Shown: positions 24,376-38,044 of the stretch, in pieces
Position numbering within the stretch: position 1 is the stretch's first letter
Layout: each line of letters begins with the position of its first letter
DNA from: Camelus ferus
Taxonomy: Eukaryota
Direction: 5' to 3'
DNA length: 64,000 nt
Assembly (NCBI RefSeq): GCF_009834535.1
Contig: NC_045696.1
Location: forward strand, 81,408,001-81,472,000
Notes under the pieces: generated by a model
What the model was told of the DNA's origin: nothing
Databases searched by the model: none
The model's input: the letters and a program-made list of their open reading frames with translations, nothing else
Made by a program: the position numbers and the translations under genes

Positions 24376-26207
24376 AATAAATAACAGAGTTTTGGAATGT
24401 TAAATTAAGGTATAAAACTATAAGGTCATTTTGATTTTAATATCAAAAAGCTGTGTCCAAAGTCTGTATCATAAAACATAGGTTTGCTTTCATGTAGAAA
24501 AGAGAAAATCCTATGGGTTTTCTTTCCTGGAAAACTATCATGGATGGAAAACACCCGGCTACAATCCTGGCTGTACTTTCTTGCTCCATGAATCATCTTA
24601 ACAGGCCAAGGTGCAGGGCTGGAGGAGAGGCTGTCATACAGAACCTTGAGAAAAGTATTTCAAAACTCTTGCATTTGTACACATAATGATCCATTTTAAG
24701 CTACTGGCATTGCAGTAAGTACAGAGTTACTGGAAGTGGGAAGAGGACTCTGAGTTTTGTTTTCTGGTGTAAATGTTTAAAAATGACAACAACAACAAAT
24801 CTTTTTTCTAAAACAAGAAATAAACAAAATTTAAGGTATCCCGTTGCCAAATGCAGCTTCAAGAAAGCCTAATGACATTTGGGTTTTATTCGTTCAAGTG
24901 ACAATAGTTCTGAGGCTTCCCTGGGCAGCCTCTAACATCTGTATATATTCAGCTCCACTGAATGTTGTTGCATGAAGTTTTGTTGTAGGAAATTGACACA
25001 TGCCCTCTGACAAATTTATTGTTTCACTCCGTCTTGTAAAGGGCACAACTTGTAGTTTTGATTTGTTCAATCATGTATTTTCCTGCTCACTTAATAAAAG
25101 AAATATTTTAAAAAATAAAGAAAGAAGATAATGAAATGATGTAATATGAAGCAATATAACAGTGAAATAATTTTTTTTGTTCCTCTATTTTCTGTGTCTT
25201 TTCACAAATCTGTTGAGATGAAGGATAATGTGTAATTCATGCTAAATAGTCAGGGAGAAGATCTTAATCAACCTTTTCCAGGACCAACACCATTTCTAGA
25301 TTCCATGCTGCTTAGTTTTAGATTCCTAAAGTCCTTTACGAAAGATACAGGGCGTTGGTTCCAGTTACAGATGGAGAATGTGAAACATGCTAAGAAATGC
25401 CCAAAATGTCACAGTCATTGTGAACAATCTAAACACCACAAATTCCAGTTGTAAAGACACCATAATTGATTTTTAAATGAGTTCTCAATAATTTATGTGA
25501 AAATATGTTGGAGTGTTGGTTTTCTTCAAAAATTGAATATCACTAGCTAGAATATGTGTTCTTATATTTCCAATAAGCAGCTAAGTTCATGTTCAGTGAC
25601 AATAACAAATTTAAAGAGGGTCATCTCCCACCAAAATTGGTCATTTTGGTTTCCAAAGTTCAAATTTAATTTACAAGATGATGTCATAAGGAGGTAGATT
25701 AGTAACATCATGGTCTGACCAAATTTTTCAGCCCTACACCCAATGCTCCATGATCTCAGGTTATCCTACACCCAATGCTCCAGTTAAGATGGGGGAGTGT
25801 AGAGCTAGAAGGCATCACTGGAGCAGAAGGAAACAGCATAGCTCTCAGGTCAACCTGACGCTTTTTAACTATCTCATCCTTTGTCCTCAGTGGGAAAGCC
25901 GTTCATAATTGGAGGCCCATCAATCAGGGCAGGCCAAAGTTATCCCCAGTCCAAGGCAAAGGACAACATGAGTTTTCCATAAAGCTCACTTAAAAGACAG
26001 TCTAATTTGGAGGCGGCATATTCTCTTTGTACAGTGAAAAGCTACATTTGAGAGTCTGATGCTGATAATACATAGACATTCATTTTATTAGATGTTCTAG
26101 TTTGGCAGAATGAAAATTTGGCAGCCTTCTTGTCAGTCCCCCACAAGATTTTGGGTTGTGTAGGGGAGACTTCAGTTTTGTTTTTTAAATTTTCCTGCTT
26201 AGTGGAA

Positions 26208-26210
<3 letters not shown>

Positions 26211-26238
<28 letters not shown>
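26211..26238. repeat. Poly(A) run
   Basis: About 28 A. Confidence 0.9.
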
Positions 26239-27087
26239 GTGGCAACAACTGCTCTAGAGTACTTATGAAAGTTCAGATCTTTTTTCAGTACAGAAAACTG
26301 ATGGGATAAATATGGAAGGAGGAGGGGGAGCAGCAGCACCCGGCATCAGGAACAAAGCAGGTGCTCCAGCTGGGGTCCGTGATGTGGACTTCTGCTGCTG
26401 ACTTTATCAAGGTAAGTGGTGGTTGGTCTCAGGCAGAATTCAACTTCCACAAGCCTAAGGGCCAACACAGTGTGGACACGCTGTGGGATGGAAGATAGTG
26501 CACAACACAGAAGTCATCGGCTAACTGCATCCCAGCCACCTTATCAGCTTGTGGTTCCCAATCTTTTTAAACATGATGACTTCCCATCATAACCATCTAA
26601 GAAACTGAAAAGCAGCAAAAAGTTCGGTAATACTTAAATGAAACTGCATTTTATAAGCCACACTCATTTGAAAAAAAACTACTTATACATGTGAGTCATT
26701 CAGTCTACAAACAGTGCTTGGTATAAACTTGGATACCAGACCTCTTGTTTTAGCTCCACAGCCCCCATCCTTGCTGAGGTCCCTGACCCATAATATGGAA
26801 AATGTAACTGTAAACATTTTCCCTGAGAACCTTCACTTGTATCTTGGTTGTGCTTTATGGCAATGTTTAATGTGGATGTGTTAATGGTCACTGATTCAGT
26901 TCATTTTAATAAAGCTGTCTTATCACCTGTACGTATCAGAGAACCCCCAAAATACTGTATCATCATAGTATTTTTATTTTCTGCACGTTTGTATGCTATC
27001 TCATTTTTTAAAGTATTTGAGACTTTTGACAAGTCACTAAGGCAAACCCAGCACATACCATCTAAGTGGAGAAAAGCAAAGCAGCCA

Positions 27088-27500
27088 TTTATTTATCAGC
27101 CACCTATTACATAGCAAGCCCCACACTGGATGCTGAGGCGGAAACAGCTGATGAAGAAATGATCCCTGCCCTTAAGGAGGTGCAATCTCCTTTTGCTGCA
27201 GGGCAGGTGGGAAAGGCAGGGGAAGAATACAAATATGCACAGAGACAACAGCAAAAAAGCAGAGCCTAGCATTTGCCAGAGGAATGCAGGGACTGCTATC
27301 GAACTGAAGAGAAGGGGCCCTCTGCCTGGAGTGTTGATGGAGGGCTTCCAGGAGGAAGCGGCCTTTACCAGATTATGAGACAGGAAAAGGGGAGAAAGAC
27401 ATTACAACAAGAAGGAGCAGCTTGAACAAAGGCACAGAGAAATGAAGGGCATGTGGGCCCAGAAATAGCAAGTATTTCAGTGGGACCAGAGAAAGTGCTG
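27088..27500 (-). mobile_element. L2 LINE 3' fragment, antisense
   Basis: atttatttatcagccacctatt...gatccctgcccttaaggag...gagggcttccaggaggaag. Confidence 0.65.
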
Positions 27501-27834
27501 GTGGAGCAGGAAAAACAATCACCTGACTATGTGAATGTAGAACATGTTCTCTGAACCCCTAAACCCGTCCCCTAACAGAGGCCCCAGGGCTTTCAAAATC
27601 CTGATTCAGCCAGCTGCCTGGCCCCCTGGGCAATGTTTGATGAATGAATCACACCGTCAGTTAGGAATTAATGCAGTGATTCCTGTGTGTTGGTGGTAGA
27701 AACCCCGTAAACAGATCATTTCATGCACGTAATTCCAGGCATTCTTTTAGTTGCTGTCTGTAGGACTAAGTTCCCAGATTTCTTCACTGAACCCCAGCTT
27801 TGAAGTATGAAGCCGTCCTGGGCCCTACTAGCCC

Positions 27835-27980
27835 AGACTTTCCTGGTCATAAGAATCACCCGCATGCTTGTGATTAAGGCAGAGTTCTGTAACACCCCCA
27901 CCCTGCTGTGAGCAGCAGTCTGTAATTTTGGTGTCCGTGGTCCTGAAAACCCCCCAATCTCACACTTTGAGAAACGCTAC
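27835..27980. mobile_element. MER5-like DNA transposon remnant
   Basis: cataagaatcacc...cacactttgagaaacgct. Confidence 0.5.
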
Positions 27981-28369
27981 ACTTCTGGAGTTTTTCCTTC
28001 TTCCCCTTTGAACAATTCGGCATGTTTCCAGTGTGTTTAGACACTGTAAGCGTGTACAAGGAATCACCTTTTTCCACGTCGCGCAGGCATCTTGCTATAA
28101 TCTTGTGTTCCAAGCAGGGCTTGAAGACTTTCCCAGAGGTTGCTGTGACCTGCCAAATGGGCTGGGTTCCCTGGCCACCGATCCCACTCCTCATCCACCA
28201 TGAAACTGCCCTTTGTCACTGGGGCACATTCCTGACAGCTGGGGGCTTTGCTGCCCGCGGGGGAGCCTGAGCTTCCTGCTTGGAGACAATGGCGCTGCCG
28301 CAGGTGACCTCAGCCCAGAGGGCCTTGCTGAAGACACAGGATGCCCACCTGCTCTGGTACGCAGGTGCT

Positions 28370-28990
28370 TTTCTTCTTGTTTTCTTGAAGTTAATTTAAT
28401 AGCATCTTTTATTTGTGAAATATACCCTTTTAAAAGTACATTTTATGGCTATTACTTTTGCCTCTTGGCATCTACTTTGAACTGCTTTTCTCTTTTCATG
28501 CTGACCCTCTTTCTATCTCAAATTTTCAAACTTCCTTTATTTTTACCATCCTTTTTATTGTCTCAGATTTAGGTTGCAATAACAATTTTATTGCTACTTG
28601 ATTAACACTTATCTTTTTTATACTCAACCTCTAATTAATTTTTTTTACTTAGCTACTTTTTTGTTCTATTTTAACTTTTCTTTTTTATTTGGCAGCTGTC
28701 TTGATTTCTTTGTGTCTTTAAATTCTTCTTACTTTGCTTTTCTTCTTTGAATATTTTTATGCTTAAATATCTCCATTTCCTTTTGTTTGTTACTCTTAAC
28801 CTTTTTTTTCCCTTTCATTTACATTTTATCTATATGTTTGAATGTCCCATTATATTCTTTCTTTACTCTTAATTTCTTAATCTCTTGATTTGCTTCGTTG
28901 GTCTTGCCTATTTTTATTTTAATTATGCATTTTAATTTTTTCCATACTTAAAATGTCTTTCCTAATTTTAATTTTAATTTAGGTCTTATT
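28370..28990 (-). mobile_element. Probable ancient L1/HAL1 remnant, antisense
   Basis: Strongly T-rich (A-rich on the minus strand) block resembling the L1 ORF1 region. Confidence 0.35.
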
Positions 28991-29130
28991 CTGTTTAATC
29001 CCCTCATTTTGTAAATGGGAACACTGAGGCACAAAGAGTTAGAAATAGCTTGCTCAAGATCTTAGGGGTGAGCAGTGGTAGAACCTAAATTAGAAGTGGG
29101 CTCTTCTGGTGACCAGTTCAGTGTTCTTTC
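28990..29130 (-). mobile_element. MIR SINE
   Basis: ctcattttgtaaatgggaacactgaggcacaaagagttag...ttgctcaagatc. Confidence 0.7.
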
Positions 29131-29389
29131 AACCAAACCACTCCAATAACAGTGTGAGAAGAGCCATCCTCTTCAAAATAAAGAACACCAGAGTAGCATC
29201 TTATCAAAGAGTAATTAGTTCTTAAGACATTAAAGTCAGGACTGTGATTCAGTGTCAGTGATCACCCTGGGAGGTTTTCCCTGGCCTTTCACTAAAAGGG
29301 CTTGTGAAAATCATGAAAAAGGGAAAACTGAGAACTAGGACTTCATTCCTAAAATACACAGATGAAAAGAATCTGAAGTCAGAACACAG

Positions 29390-29540
29390 TGTGCGAGCTG
29401 GGTGACCCTAAGCAAACACACGTCTCTAAGCCTCTGTTTTCTCATTTCAAAAATGGGGATAATGAGGCCATTCCCGCCCACCTCACGTCTCAATTATGTT
29501 GATCAGATCAGATCACCGATAGAAAAGCTCTTTGTAAACT
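29390..29540 (+). mobile_element. MIR SINE
   Basis: gctgggtgaccctaagcaa...tctaagcctctgttttctcatttcaaaaatggggataat. Confidence 0.7.
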
Positions 29541-32129
29541 TTGTGTGTAGTTTTTCTTACAATGCCCATAAAATTCAAGAGAAATGTTAAAGATTACATA
29601 AAAAGAGCAACATTTTCACTTTTTAAATATGCGTTGTTTTATATAAAGAGGGAAAGAATAAGGTATCTCTGTCACTTTCAATACCCTAAGTTGTATTTTC
29701 CCCCTTTTTTCCTTTTTTTAAAAACCAAATTACTTTTTACTGACTTTCTGTTGTTTGATGCACATTTCCATCTGGCGCTCTTGGGTTTATATTCCTGTGT
29801 AATATGCATGCATTGGCCTGATTCATTCCTTAAGGTTTGATGGCTTAAAAAAAATGAATATAACTCTACCTTAATGAAAGATACTTTACAGGAACATCTG
29901 TCTTAGACTCAGATTTGACCTTACCCATCAAGCAGTGGCTTCTATGACAAACTCATAGCTTCATCCTTGATCTCTTTCTTCTATGTTCCCACCAACATTC
30001 CACTACAATCTTTGTGGAAGTTAGCAATGACAGTCAGCAAAAGCACTACCTTGTGCATCTGGTACTTGAGATGCTTTTTTATTTCATTACCCAGTAAACT
30101 TTTCTGACAGCGAACTTTGAGCACCTCAGCATCTGGAGCTGTTATCTCCTAGGCAGAGTTGGCTCTGCGGCAGCAAATTAATGGATTAAAATGCTAAATG
30201 AATTCTCACTGGCAAGAAATCTGTGAGTAAGGACAATGGATGAATCAGGCTGGGTGCTGTGTGATGAGGACAAAAGGATCAGGGACATTCTAGTGTGGGG
30301 GCTACCTCTTGGCAGGGGCTATGACTACCAGAAATAAACTAGAATAGAATGTGTCACTCAAGACATTTACTTATGGGAACACTCACCCATCTCTTTACCC
30401 TTTGTTATGAAGCCATCAGTAAGAAACCTATCCTTTATCCTTGCTGTGATCTTGCATGTCTTGGAAGAACAAAATTGCAAGGAACTTAGAGCCTAACCCC
30501 TCAGAGACCAGAACCCCAAGTTACTTTGTGGCTGAAGGTGGCCTGGAGGGCTGCGTCAGCAGTGGAGCAAGAAGGCTCCTAGGACTGCACCCTTTCCTCC
30601 CCACCATGCCGCATTCCTGACCCTCTTCATCCCGCTTCCATCAGTGGTAAAACAAAGGCAACAGAGCCCACCCATAAGGCTTGGCTGGAATCCCACAGCT
30701 GGGTTGGGTAAGAGACCTGTGCTCTTGCTGAAGCAAAACAAAGCAATTTCCCCCTTCAGTTCAGCATAGGCCACCTGAGGAGAGTTTGGGAAGAAAAAAG
30801 AAAAAGGAGTGAAGGGAAATGAGAAGAAAGGCAGGACCCAACCTTGGGGCAGACACCACCTGTGAGAGAAGACAGTGGCTACCGCAAAGGAGGGCTCCAC
30901 TCTGCAGCAGCCTTGGCCATCCCTAGAGGCCCAAGGATTGCTCCTAGGACTGTGGACTCTGCCTGTCTACCGCATGGAGGCACTGAGGCTCCAATCTTCA
31001 GTTTCTGAAGGGCTCATCTGACTCCCTGAAGAAAAATAAAAGCCACTTGCTCTTTCCACCAACCACCGCAAAGTGATTCCCCAAACCCACTTGCCCTGCT
31101 CAAACTGGGGAGATGACTCCAAGTTGCAAGGGAGAAAGAAATTCTAGTTGGCCTTACTTTTACCAGTCTTGCCACTGACTCTCAATGTCTCTGAAGAGAT
31201 GCCAGAAGCCCACTTTGGGTGTTTGCAAGTGTTAGGCATTTTCTGAGAAGAATGGGACTAATACACTGAAGCTGGTTGTGTCTCTTAGAGATTTACAAGA
31301 CAAAAAAATACCTGGTCAACAACTCACCCACCAACGAGTTGCACCATCTGCTTGTTACAGTACATTCCTGGAACTGCTCTGCGTCTGGTAAACAGCTGTC
31401 ACAAGAACCATTTCTCCCTGACTCTGCTCCTTTTATTGGTGACCTATTGGTCAATAACACCGAGCAACATTGTTTGTTAAACCTCAGTGATGACCTCTTG
31501 ATCTTCCCTCCCACTTTTTTGTGTCAACCTCATAAGCCTCCCTTAACACCCCACAAATGAGCAGCAAACGGTATTGAAGGCAGTGACAGAAAATAGCACA
31601 CTGTAGGAAAATAATTAACCCGCAGACATTAAAGAGACACAAACTCATAACCGAAAGATGCCCTGTGGAGTATTGTAGCCATTTAGGCACACTTGATTGA
31701 AAAATGGTTAGTATCAGAGAATTTTAATTGACTTAATTTAAACTGAAATGACTCAAGAATTGCAAACAAAAATTTTCTGCATGCAGCAGCACCGTTTAAT
31801 TTAGACTGAATTGCCCAATGATTAATTAATTTGGGACCGTGCTCACTGATAAATTGCCATAGATGCACATCTGTCAAAAGAATTTGTCACAGATTGTCAA
31901 ACCTTCGTGACATGAATAGCACAAGTCCAGGGAACTGCCTGCTCAGTAGATGGCCCCTTGTTCTTTTAACGGGGCTTCATTGACCTCATTGCCAAATTTC
32001 ACAAACTCCAGGCTGAAAGAAGGAGCAGAACTCACAGAGCTAGTCAACCCGGGGAGTCACAGGACCGTATACTAACTTTTGGAGAGGATGTTAAATTCAG
32101 AACAAAGAATCGTGGAAACTGAGAGCAGA

Positions 32130-32275
32130 AAAATAATAACAGCTGTCATCTACTGAGAGTTTACTATGTGCTCAGCTTTATTCTAGGTACTGTATCCATA
32201 CTGTCTTCTTGAATCCTCACAACTCCATGAATCAGATACAATCTCCACCTTGCACGTGAAGAGCCTCAGAGATTG
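32130..32275 (-). mobile_element. MIR SINE
   Basis: aataataacagctgtcatctactgagagtttactatgtgc...aatcctcacaac. Confidence 0.65.
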
Positions 32276-35200
32276 TCTAGTTTGTTTTATTGATGAAGTC
32301 TAGAGAGTTAAGCAAGACTCGTCCATAGTCAAACTGCCAAACCCTCTGCACAGGGAGAATCCAAACAACATCTCTTGTCCAGTGCTCCAAACCCTTGTGA
32401 GTGGGTGGCATGAATTCCTTTTACAAGATATCTTGGGTTCAGAAAAGACAGAAAACCATTCCAGGAAGGGGAGACCCTTCATCCTTTCTGAAGTGATGGG
32501 CAGTAGGCTAAGGGGTCAGCCAGGTATCATCGGCCTGGCAGGAGCCATGACACAGCTGGTCGTCTTCCCGCTCTCTCTTAGACAAGCAGAGGCCTGGGGT
32601 GCTGGAAAGGGCATCCAGACACCCGGGCTTGGAATGACAAACTGGGCATCACTTGCCTACAGGCTTCTGTTTCATACCAAGGAAGGCCAACTAAGAGAAA
32701 GTTTTTTGAGGAGTAGTAATTCAATTAAAAGCTCATCCTAACATAGCAGAGGGGACAAGCTTGGTGAGGAGGAAAAGGAATAGAAACAAATAAGAGTGAA
32801 AGATTCAAAGAGGATTGTGGAAAGGCACTTATCAAACTGAAAACAGAAACACCTCAGAGGAGTTGCCTTGGTTGAAGATAGGGGTAAAGGGTCATTTTAG
32901 CTTTACCTGCCTTCTATGAAATTTTCTCAGTGATAATGTTCTCATGTATATATGTTTAATTTGCTATTAAAATGAAGTAAATATTTTTGAAAGGAGAAAA
33001 AAAATAAATGAAAGGGGAGCGGACGGTGCCTAGACTTGGATAGCTATTGGGTAGCTTTTTATCTGGAACCTGAGGCTCACAGTGTGTATCACTGATAGGC
33101 TATTAAGGTCACCATACATGCGAAGAAGTCTCGACAGTCACAGCCTCCATAACCAGGGCTACTTCCTCTTTCCCGCACCTGGTGGCCATAGATTTGCCTT
33201 TGGGATGGGTCAAGAGGTCCACAGGCCTCTACGTATATTTGGCTTTATCACTTGAGATTGTCTGAGTCTCTCCAGGTGACTACTGAGCTAGTCCGAAGAA
33301 TCTACTAATCACTTCTTATCCGCCTGTGGGTCCACTGAATTGACTCAATTATAGACAAGTTCAAGAAAAGGAAAAGAAAGAGAATAAAGGAAATAGGCCA
33401 GTTTATTGGCATCCACAGACAGAACTGGCACCAAAAACCTGCCCCATGTTCTTCCCTCTTAGTCCCAGCACAGGGCACTCTTTTTAAGGTCATAGAAGAC
33501 TCCCTTAGCTGTGGATATGGTTGAAGATAGAGACCAGGACTGCACTTGGACCAAGACTTGATCTCTCTGGACCTCTGCCAAAGTTCATTTCCAGGGGAAG
33601 TCCAAGAGGTCATTGTGGGTCCCAGAGCGTCATCCAAACAGGAACAATATGCCAGTCTCGGCAGGCCTTCCTGGAGGCTTGGATTCCATTCTTTTTAGTG
33701 TCTTCCTCCTTTCCTCCTTCACTCATTGCCCAGTCCAACCCCCACTCACATTACTATCTGAGAAATATCTACTCTTTACCAAACCCTCTCCCTCAAGTCT
33801 GTTACATCAAAGCTCAGACTTTCATGTTCACTGGTTTAGTTATTCCTAAGACCTACTCTAAGAAGCAAGCATCTAATATAATTGGCCAAACTGCCTTACA
33901 TTGCTTAGGGACACAAAGTTTAATTAAAGCTCGAATCTAAAATATTTTGTGGCTACTAAATTGTCTCCAAATTATTTACTTAAATTGTTTAGTATCTTCC
34001 AAAATTAAATCATCTCAAATCTTCAATATCAATGTATTCAATAAAGTCCTCATTTTATCTTTTCACAAGAAAGGCTATCATGGGCGTTCTTGTTATATGG
34101 CTATTCTCCATACAAGCGATGACTTTCTATTTGGATTGTAAGTGGAACTGAAAGGAGTAGGTGTGAGGGTCTCTGGACTTAGTGGAAAATATGGCACTGT
34201 TTTTGTAGTTTAAACAGCTGTCTGGTCCTGCCCTTAATGGTCAAGAATCCAGTTATTAATTGTTGAATCAGTTGGGTCATATAGCATATGAATGTAAAGA
34301 GAGCCAAACACTCACCATGGTGTAGATCACATGATGACGACCTTCAACAGAGTCTTCCAGAATAACAGAGATCTGAAGCTAAAACTCTGGGGTTATATGA
34401 AACCTAACAGGCTGTCATCTGGGAAAGTTTGAAGTGCTCTCCATATAGACTCTAAAACTTAGATCAGTTAATCTCAGAGGAGATCTAGAGGAGAGAAAGG
34501 CATTTCACCATTGCCCATCAGTAGTGAGGCCATGCCTACCATAGTGTCAGTGGAGAGTCTTTGGGGAAATGGAAGTCTTATCCCTGCCCAGCACAAATGA
34601 AGAACCTCCCCCTGTCTTTGGTGTCAGTGTAGGCTGAGTGGGCAGCATGGACTGCTGCCTTCATCTGGCAGTAGAGGACAAATCCATAATTACAGTTGTA
34701 GACTTCAACATTTGATAGAACAACTAGACCAAAGAACTAGAGGAACTCAACAACAGCATCAACCAATAGGTTCTAATCAACACTAATAGAACACTCCACC
34801 CAACAACAGCAGAATACATATTCTTTTCGAGTGCTCATGGAACATTTACCAAGATAAACAATATTCAGGGCCATAAAACAAACCTTAACAAATTTAAAAG
34901 AATTAAAATCATACAGAGTTTTTTTCCTGACCACAATGGAATGAATGAAACAAGAAATCAATACCAGGACAATAACAGGAAAACCTCTGAACACTTGGAA
35001 CAAAATAACACACTTCTAAAATAATCTACAGGTCAGTGAGGAAGTCTCAAGGGAAATAAAAAAATTCATTGAACTTAACGGAAATTGAAATAAAACATGT
35101 CAAATTTTACGAGACACTGCTAAAGTAATGTTGAGAGGGAAATTTATAGCACTAAATGTATACATGAGAAAAGAAGAAGATTCTCAAATCAATCGATTAA

Positions 35201-35844
35201 TTTCCCTTCTCCAGAACCTAGAAAAAGAATGATAAAAAAAAACCCAAAGTAAGCAGAAAGAAGGAACTAGTACAGATAAGAGCAGAAATTACTGAAATCA
35301 AAGATAGAAAAACAGAAAATCAGTGAAACAAAGATCTGGTTCTTTGGGAAAAAAAATCAGTAAAATGTACAAACCTCTAGCAAGACTCACACACAAAAAA
35401 GAGCAGACCCAAATTATCAATATCAGGAATGAAACAGGGCTGAATCACTATAAACCCTGAAGACACAGAAAGAATAATAAGGGAATACTAGGAAAGGCCT
35501 TATACACATAAATTCAACAACTGAAATGAAATTCACCACTTGCTCAAAGAATACTACCACAACTCAGCCAGTAGTAAATGGATAATTTGAATAGTCTTGT
35601 AAGTATTGAGGCAATTAAAATTACAATTTAAAAAAACCCTTAAAAGAAATCTACAGATCCAGATTGTTTACTGGGGAATCCTACCAAACACCAATTTAAT
35701 ACAATCTCTTTCAGAACACTGAAGGAGAAATGACTTTTAAATTCATTTTCTGAAGCTAATATTACCTTAATATCAAAGTCAAAGACAGACCAAAAAAAAG
35801 AACACTTAGACTAATACCCTTCATAAATATAGACACAAAAATTC

Positions 35845-35990
35845 TTTTTAAAAAATTTTTGTTGTTGTTTTGTTGGGGAGATAGATTATTAGGTTTATTT
35901 ATTCATTTTTTGATGGAGATGCTGGGGATTGAACCCAGGACTTTGTGCATGCTAGACACGTGCTCTACCACTGAGCTACACCTCCCCCCC
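35845..35990 (-). mobile_element. tRNA-Ala-derived camelid SINE (Vic-1 type) nested in L1
   Basis: Minus strand reads GGGGAGGTGTAGCTCAGTGGTAGAG (A box)...GGGTTCAATCCCC (B box)...AAATAAACCTAAT tail. Confidence 0.88.
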
Positions 35991-36201
35991 AAATATTAGC
36001 AAATAGAATTCAGCAATATATAAAAAGTATTATACACTATGACCAAGTAGAGCTATTCCAGAGAAGCAAGGCTAGTTCAATATTCAAGAAGCAAATCATT
36101 GTCATCTACCATATTAACAATCTAAACAGGAAAAATCACATGATCATATAATTAATGTAAAAAAAGCATATGATAAAATTCAATACCCATTCATTATTAA
36201 A

Positions 36202-36223
36202 ACACACACACACACACACACAC
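36202..36223. repeat. (CA)n microsatellite
   Basis: About 11 units inside L1. Confidence 0.9.
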
Positions 36224-38044
36224 AAACTCTCAGAAAAATAGGACTAGAGGATAACTTCCTTAACTTGACAAAGAGCATCTACAGAAAACAGGCAACAACA
36301 TTACATTTAACTATGAATGACTAATGTTTTCCTCATGATCAAGAACAAGGTAAGAATATCTCAGCACTCTTACTCAGCATAGTGCTGGGAGTTATAGCCA
36401 GTGCCATAAGGCAAGAAAAAGTAATAAAAGGCATATAGATCAGAAAGTAACAAATAAAATTCTCCCTATTTTCAGATGACATGATTGTCTACCTAGAAAA
36501 TCCCAAGGAATCTACCAAAACAAACAAAAAAACCTCCTACAACTAATAAGTGAGTTCAGCAAGGTTTCGGGATATATGACGAACACACAAAAATCAATTA
36601 TACATCTATATTCTAGAAATGAATATGTGGATACAGAAATTTAAAATAAAATACCTTTTACAATCACTGAGAAAATAAGAGTTAGATTTAAATCTAACAA
36701 AACATGTCTAAGACTTGTACCCTGAAAATTATAAGAATGCATTAAAAATTATAAAATACATAAAAAGAAATAAAAAATCTAAATAAATGAAGAGCATGTT
36801 CATGGGTTGGAAGACTCAGCCTAATAAAGATGACAATTCTCCCCAAATTGATATACCAATTTAATGCAATTCCCATCAAAATCCTAGCAAGATGTTTTAT
36901 AGAGACATACAAGATTATTCTAAATTTTACATAGAAAGGTAAAAGGAACTAAAATTTTCAGAAAGAATAAAGTGGAAGGAATTAGTCTACTTGATTTCAA
37001 AACATATAGCTATAGTAATCAAGACTCTGTGATATTGGTAGAGGGATAGACAAATAAATCAATAGAAAACAACAGAAAACCCAGAAATGAGACCCACGTA
37101 AATATGTCCAACTGATGGTTGACAATGGTGCAGAAACAGTTTAATGGAGGAAAGAACCATTATCCTGTTCAACAATGGCACGACAGCAAGTGGACACCCA
37201 TAGGCCAGGTAGGAGGCCAGTGCAGTCAGTCACACTTGGGAGAGATGCTAGTGGCTTGGACCAGAGAGGGGCCTGGAGAGAGGGTGAGAAGAGGCAGGCT
37301 ACAATGGGGACAAACTTGATTCAGAAATCTTAAAATACACTGGCCTTCTTCAGAAACTGGGACTTTCCAATACTCTCTTGCACTCCTGGGTTGGCCCAGT
37401 TTGAACTCATTTGATTTTCGTTCCCCAGAGATGCCTTTGCCCTTCCCCCACACCTGACCGAATCATTGAGGAAAGCAGCATGCAGAGATAGCTGGTTGTC
37501 TTTCTTCCCATTTATAGAAATAAACTAAGCTCTCATTTTACTCAAAGTAAAAAGAAGAGTGAAAAAAGAGAAGCTCTTTTCTGTCCTTGGAAACTCTCAC
37601 CACCTAGAGCTATTGGTGTGTACCATGAGGAATAAATCAATCAAGCAGTCAGAATGCGATTTGAAGCGTTTAAAGAGTGAACCCTAAAACAAACCCAGAG
37701 CTGGTTTCACGCCCCCCCAGAGGGAATATCCGGATGATTCTGAGCACTAGTGCACCTCATTGAGTGATCCCCATACCGACAGAAAAGAGTGAAAAGCTTG
37801 ACTTTATCCCACAGCCAGGGAAACAGAAGATGCCTCCAGGCAATCCGACCCGCATTTCCTTGGGTGACCGCTAAAGGCAATCTCTCCTGAGAGGCCGAAA
37901 TGGATTATCAATTCTCCAAGCGCTAAATCCATCAATGCAATCACTATAACAATCCCTCCACCCACAACGGGAGATAAAGTTCCAGCCCATCCCTAAAAAG
38001 GTGCAGAGATTACTCATATATGTGCAAAGAGCAGAACAGGCAAT

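Larger units (their letters stand above)
34675..37205 (+). mobile_element. Degenerate L1 (L1M-type) ORF2 segment, endonuclease to RT region
   Basis: Classic ORF2 text (aacagcagaatacatattcttttcgagtgctcatggaacatttaccaagata; ttttcagatgacatgattgtctacctagaaaatccc, the FADD-motif region) with many stops and frameshifts. Confidence 0.92.

Noticed and set aside
26312..26401. Strong-Kozak ATG as an alternative GLUT2 N-terminus
   Set aside because: That frame (MEGGGGAAAPG...DFCC) stops at TGA before the donor site
35915..35990. tRNA-Ala gene
   Set aside because: Diverged tRNA-like head followed by a SINE tail; it is a SINE, as are the copies at 48277 and 59881
34675..37205. Active L1 or domesticated reverse transcriptase
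   Set aside because: Many stops, frameshifts and deletions, plus a nested SINE
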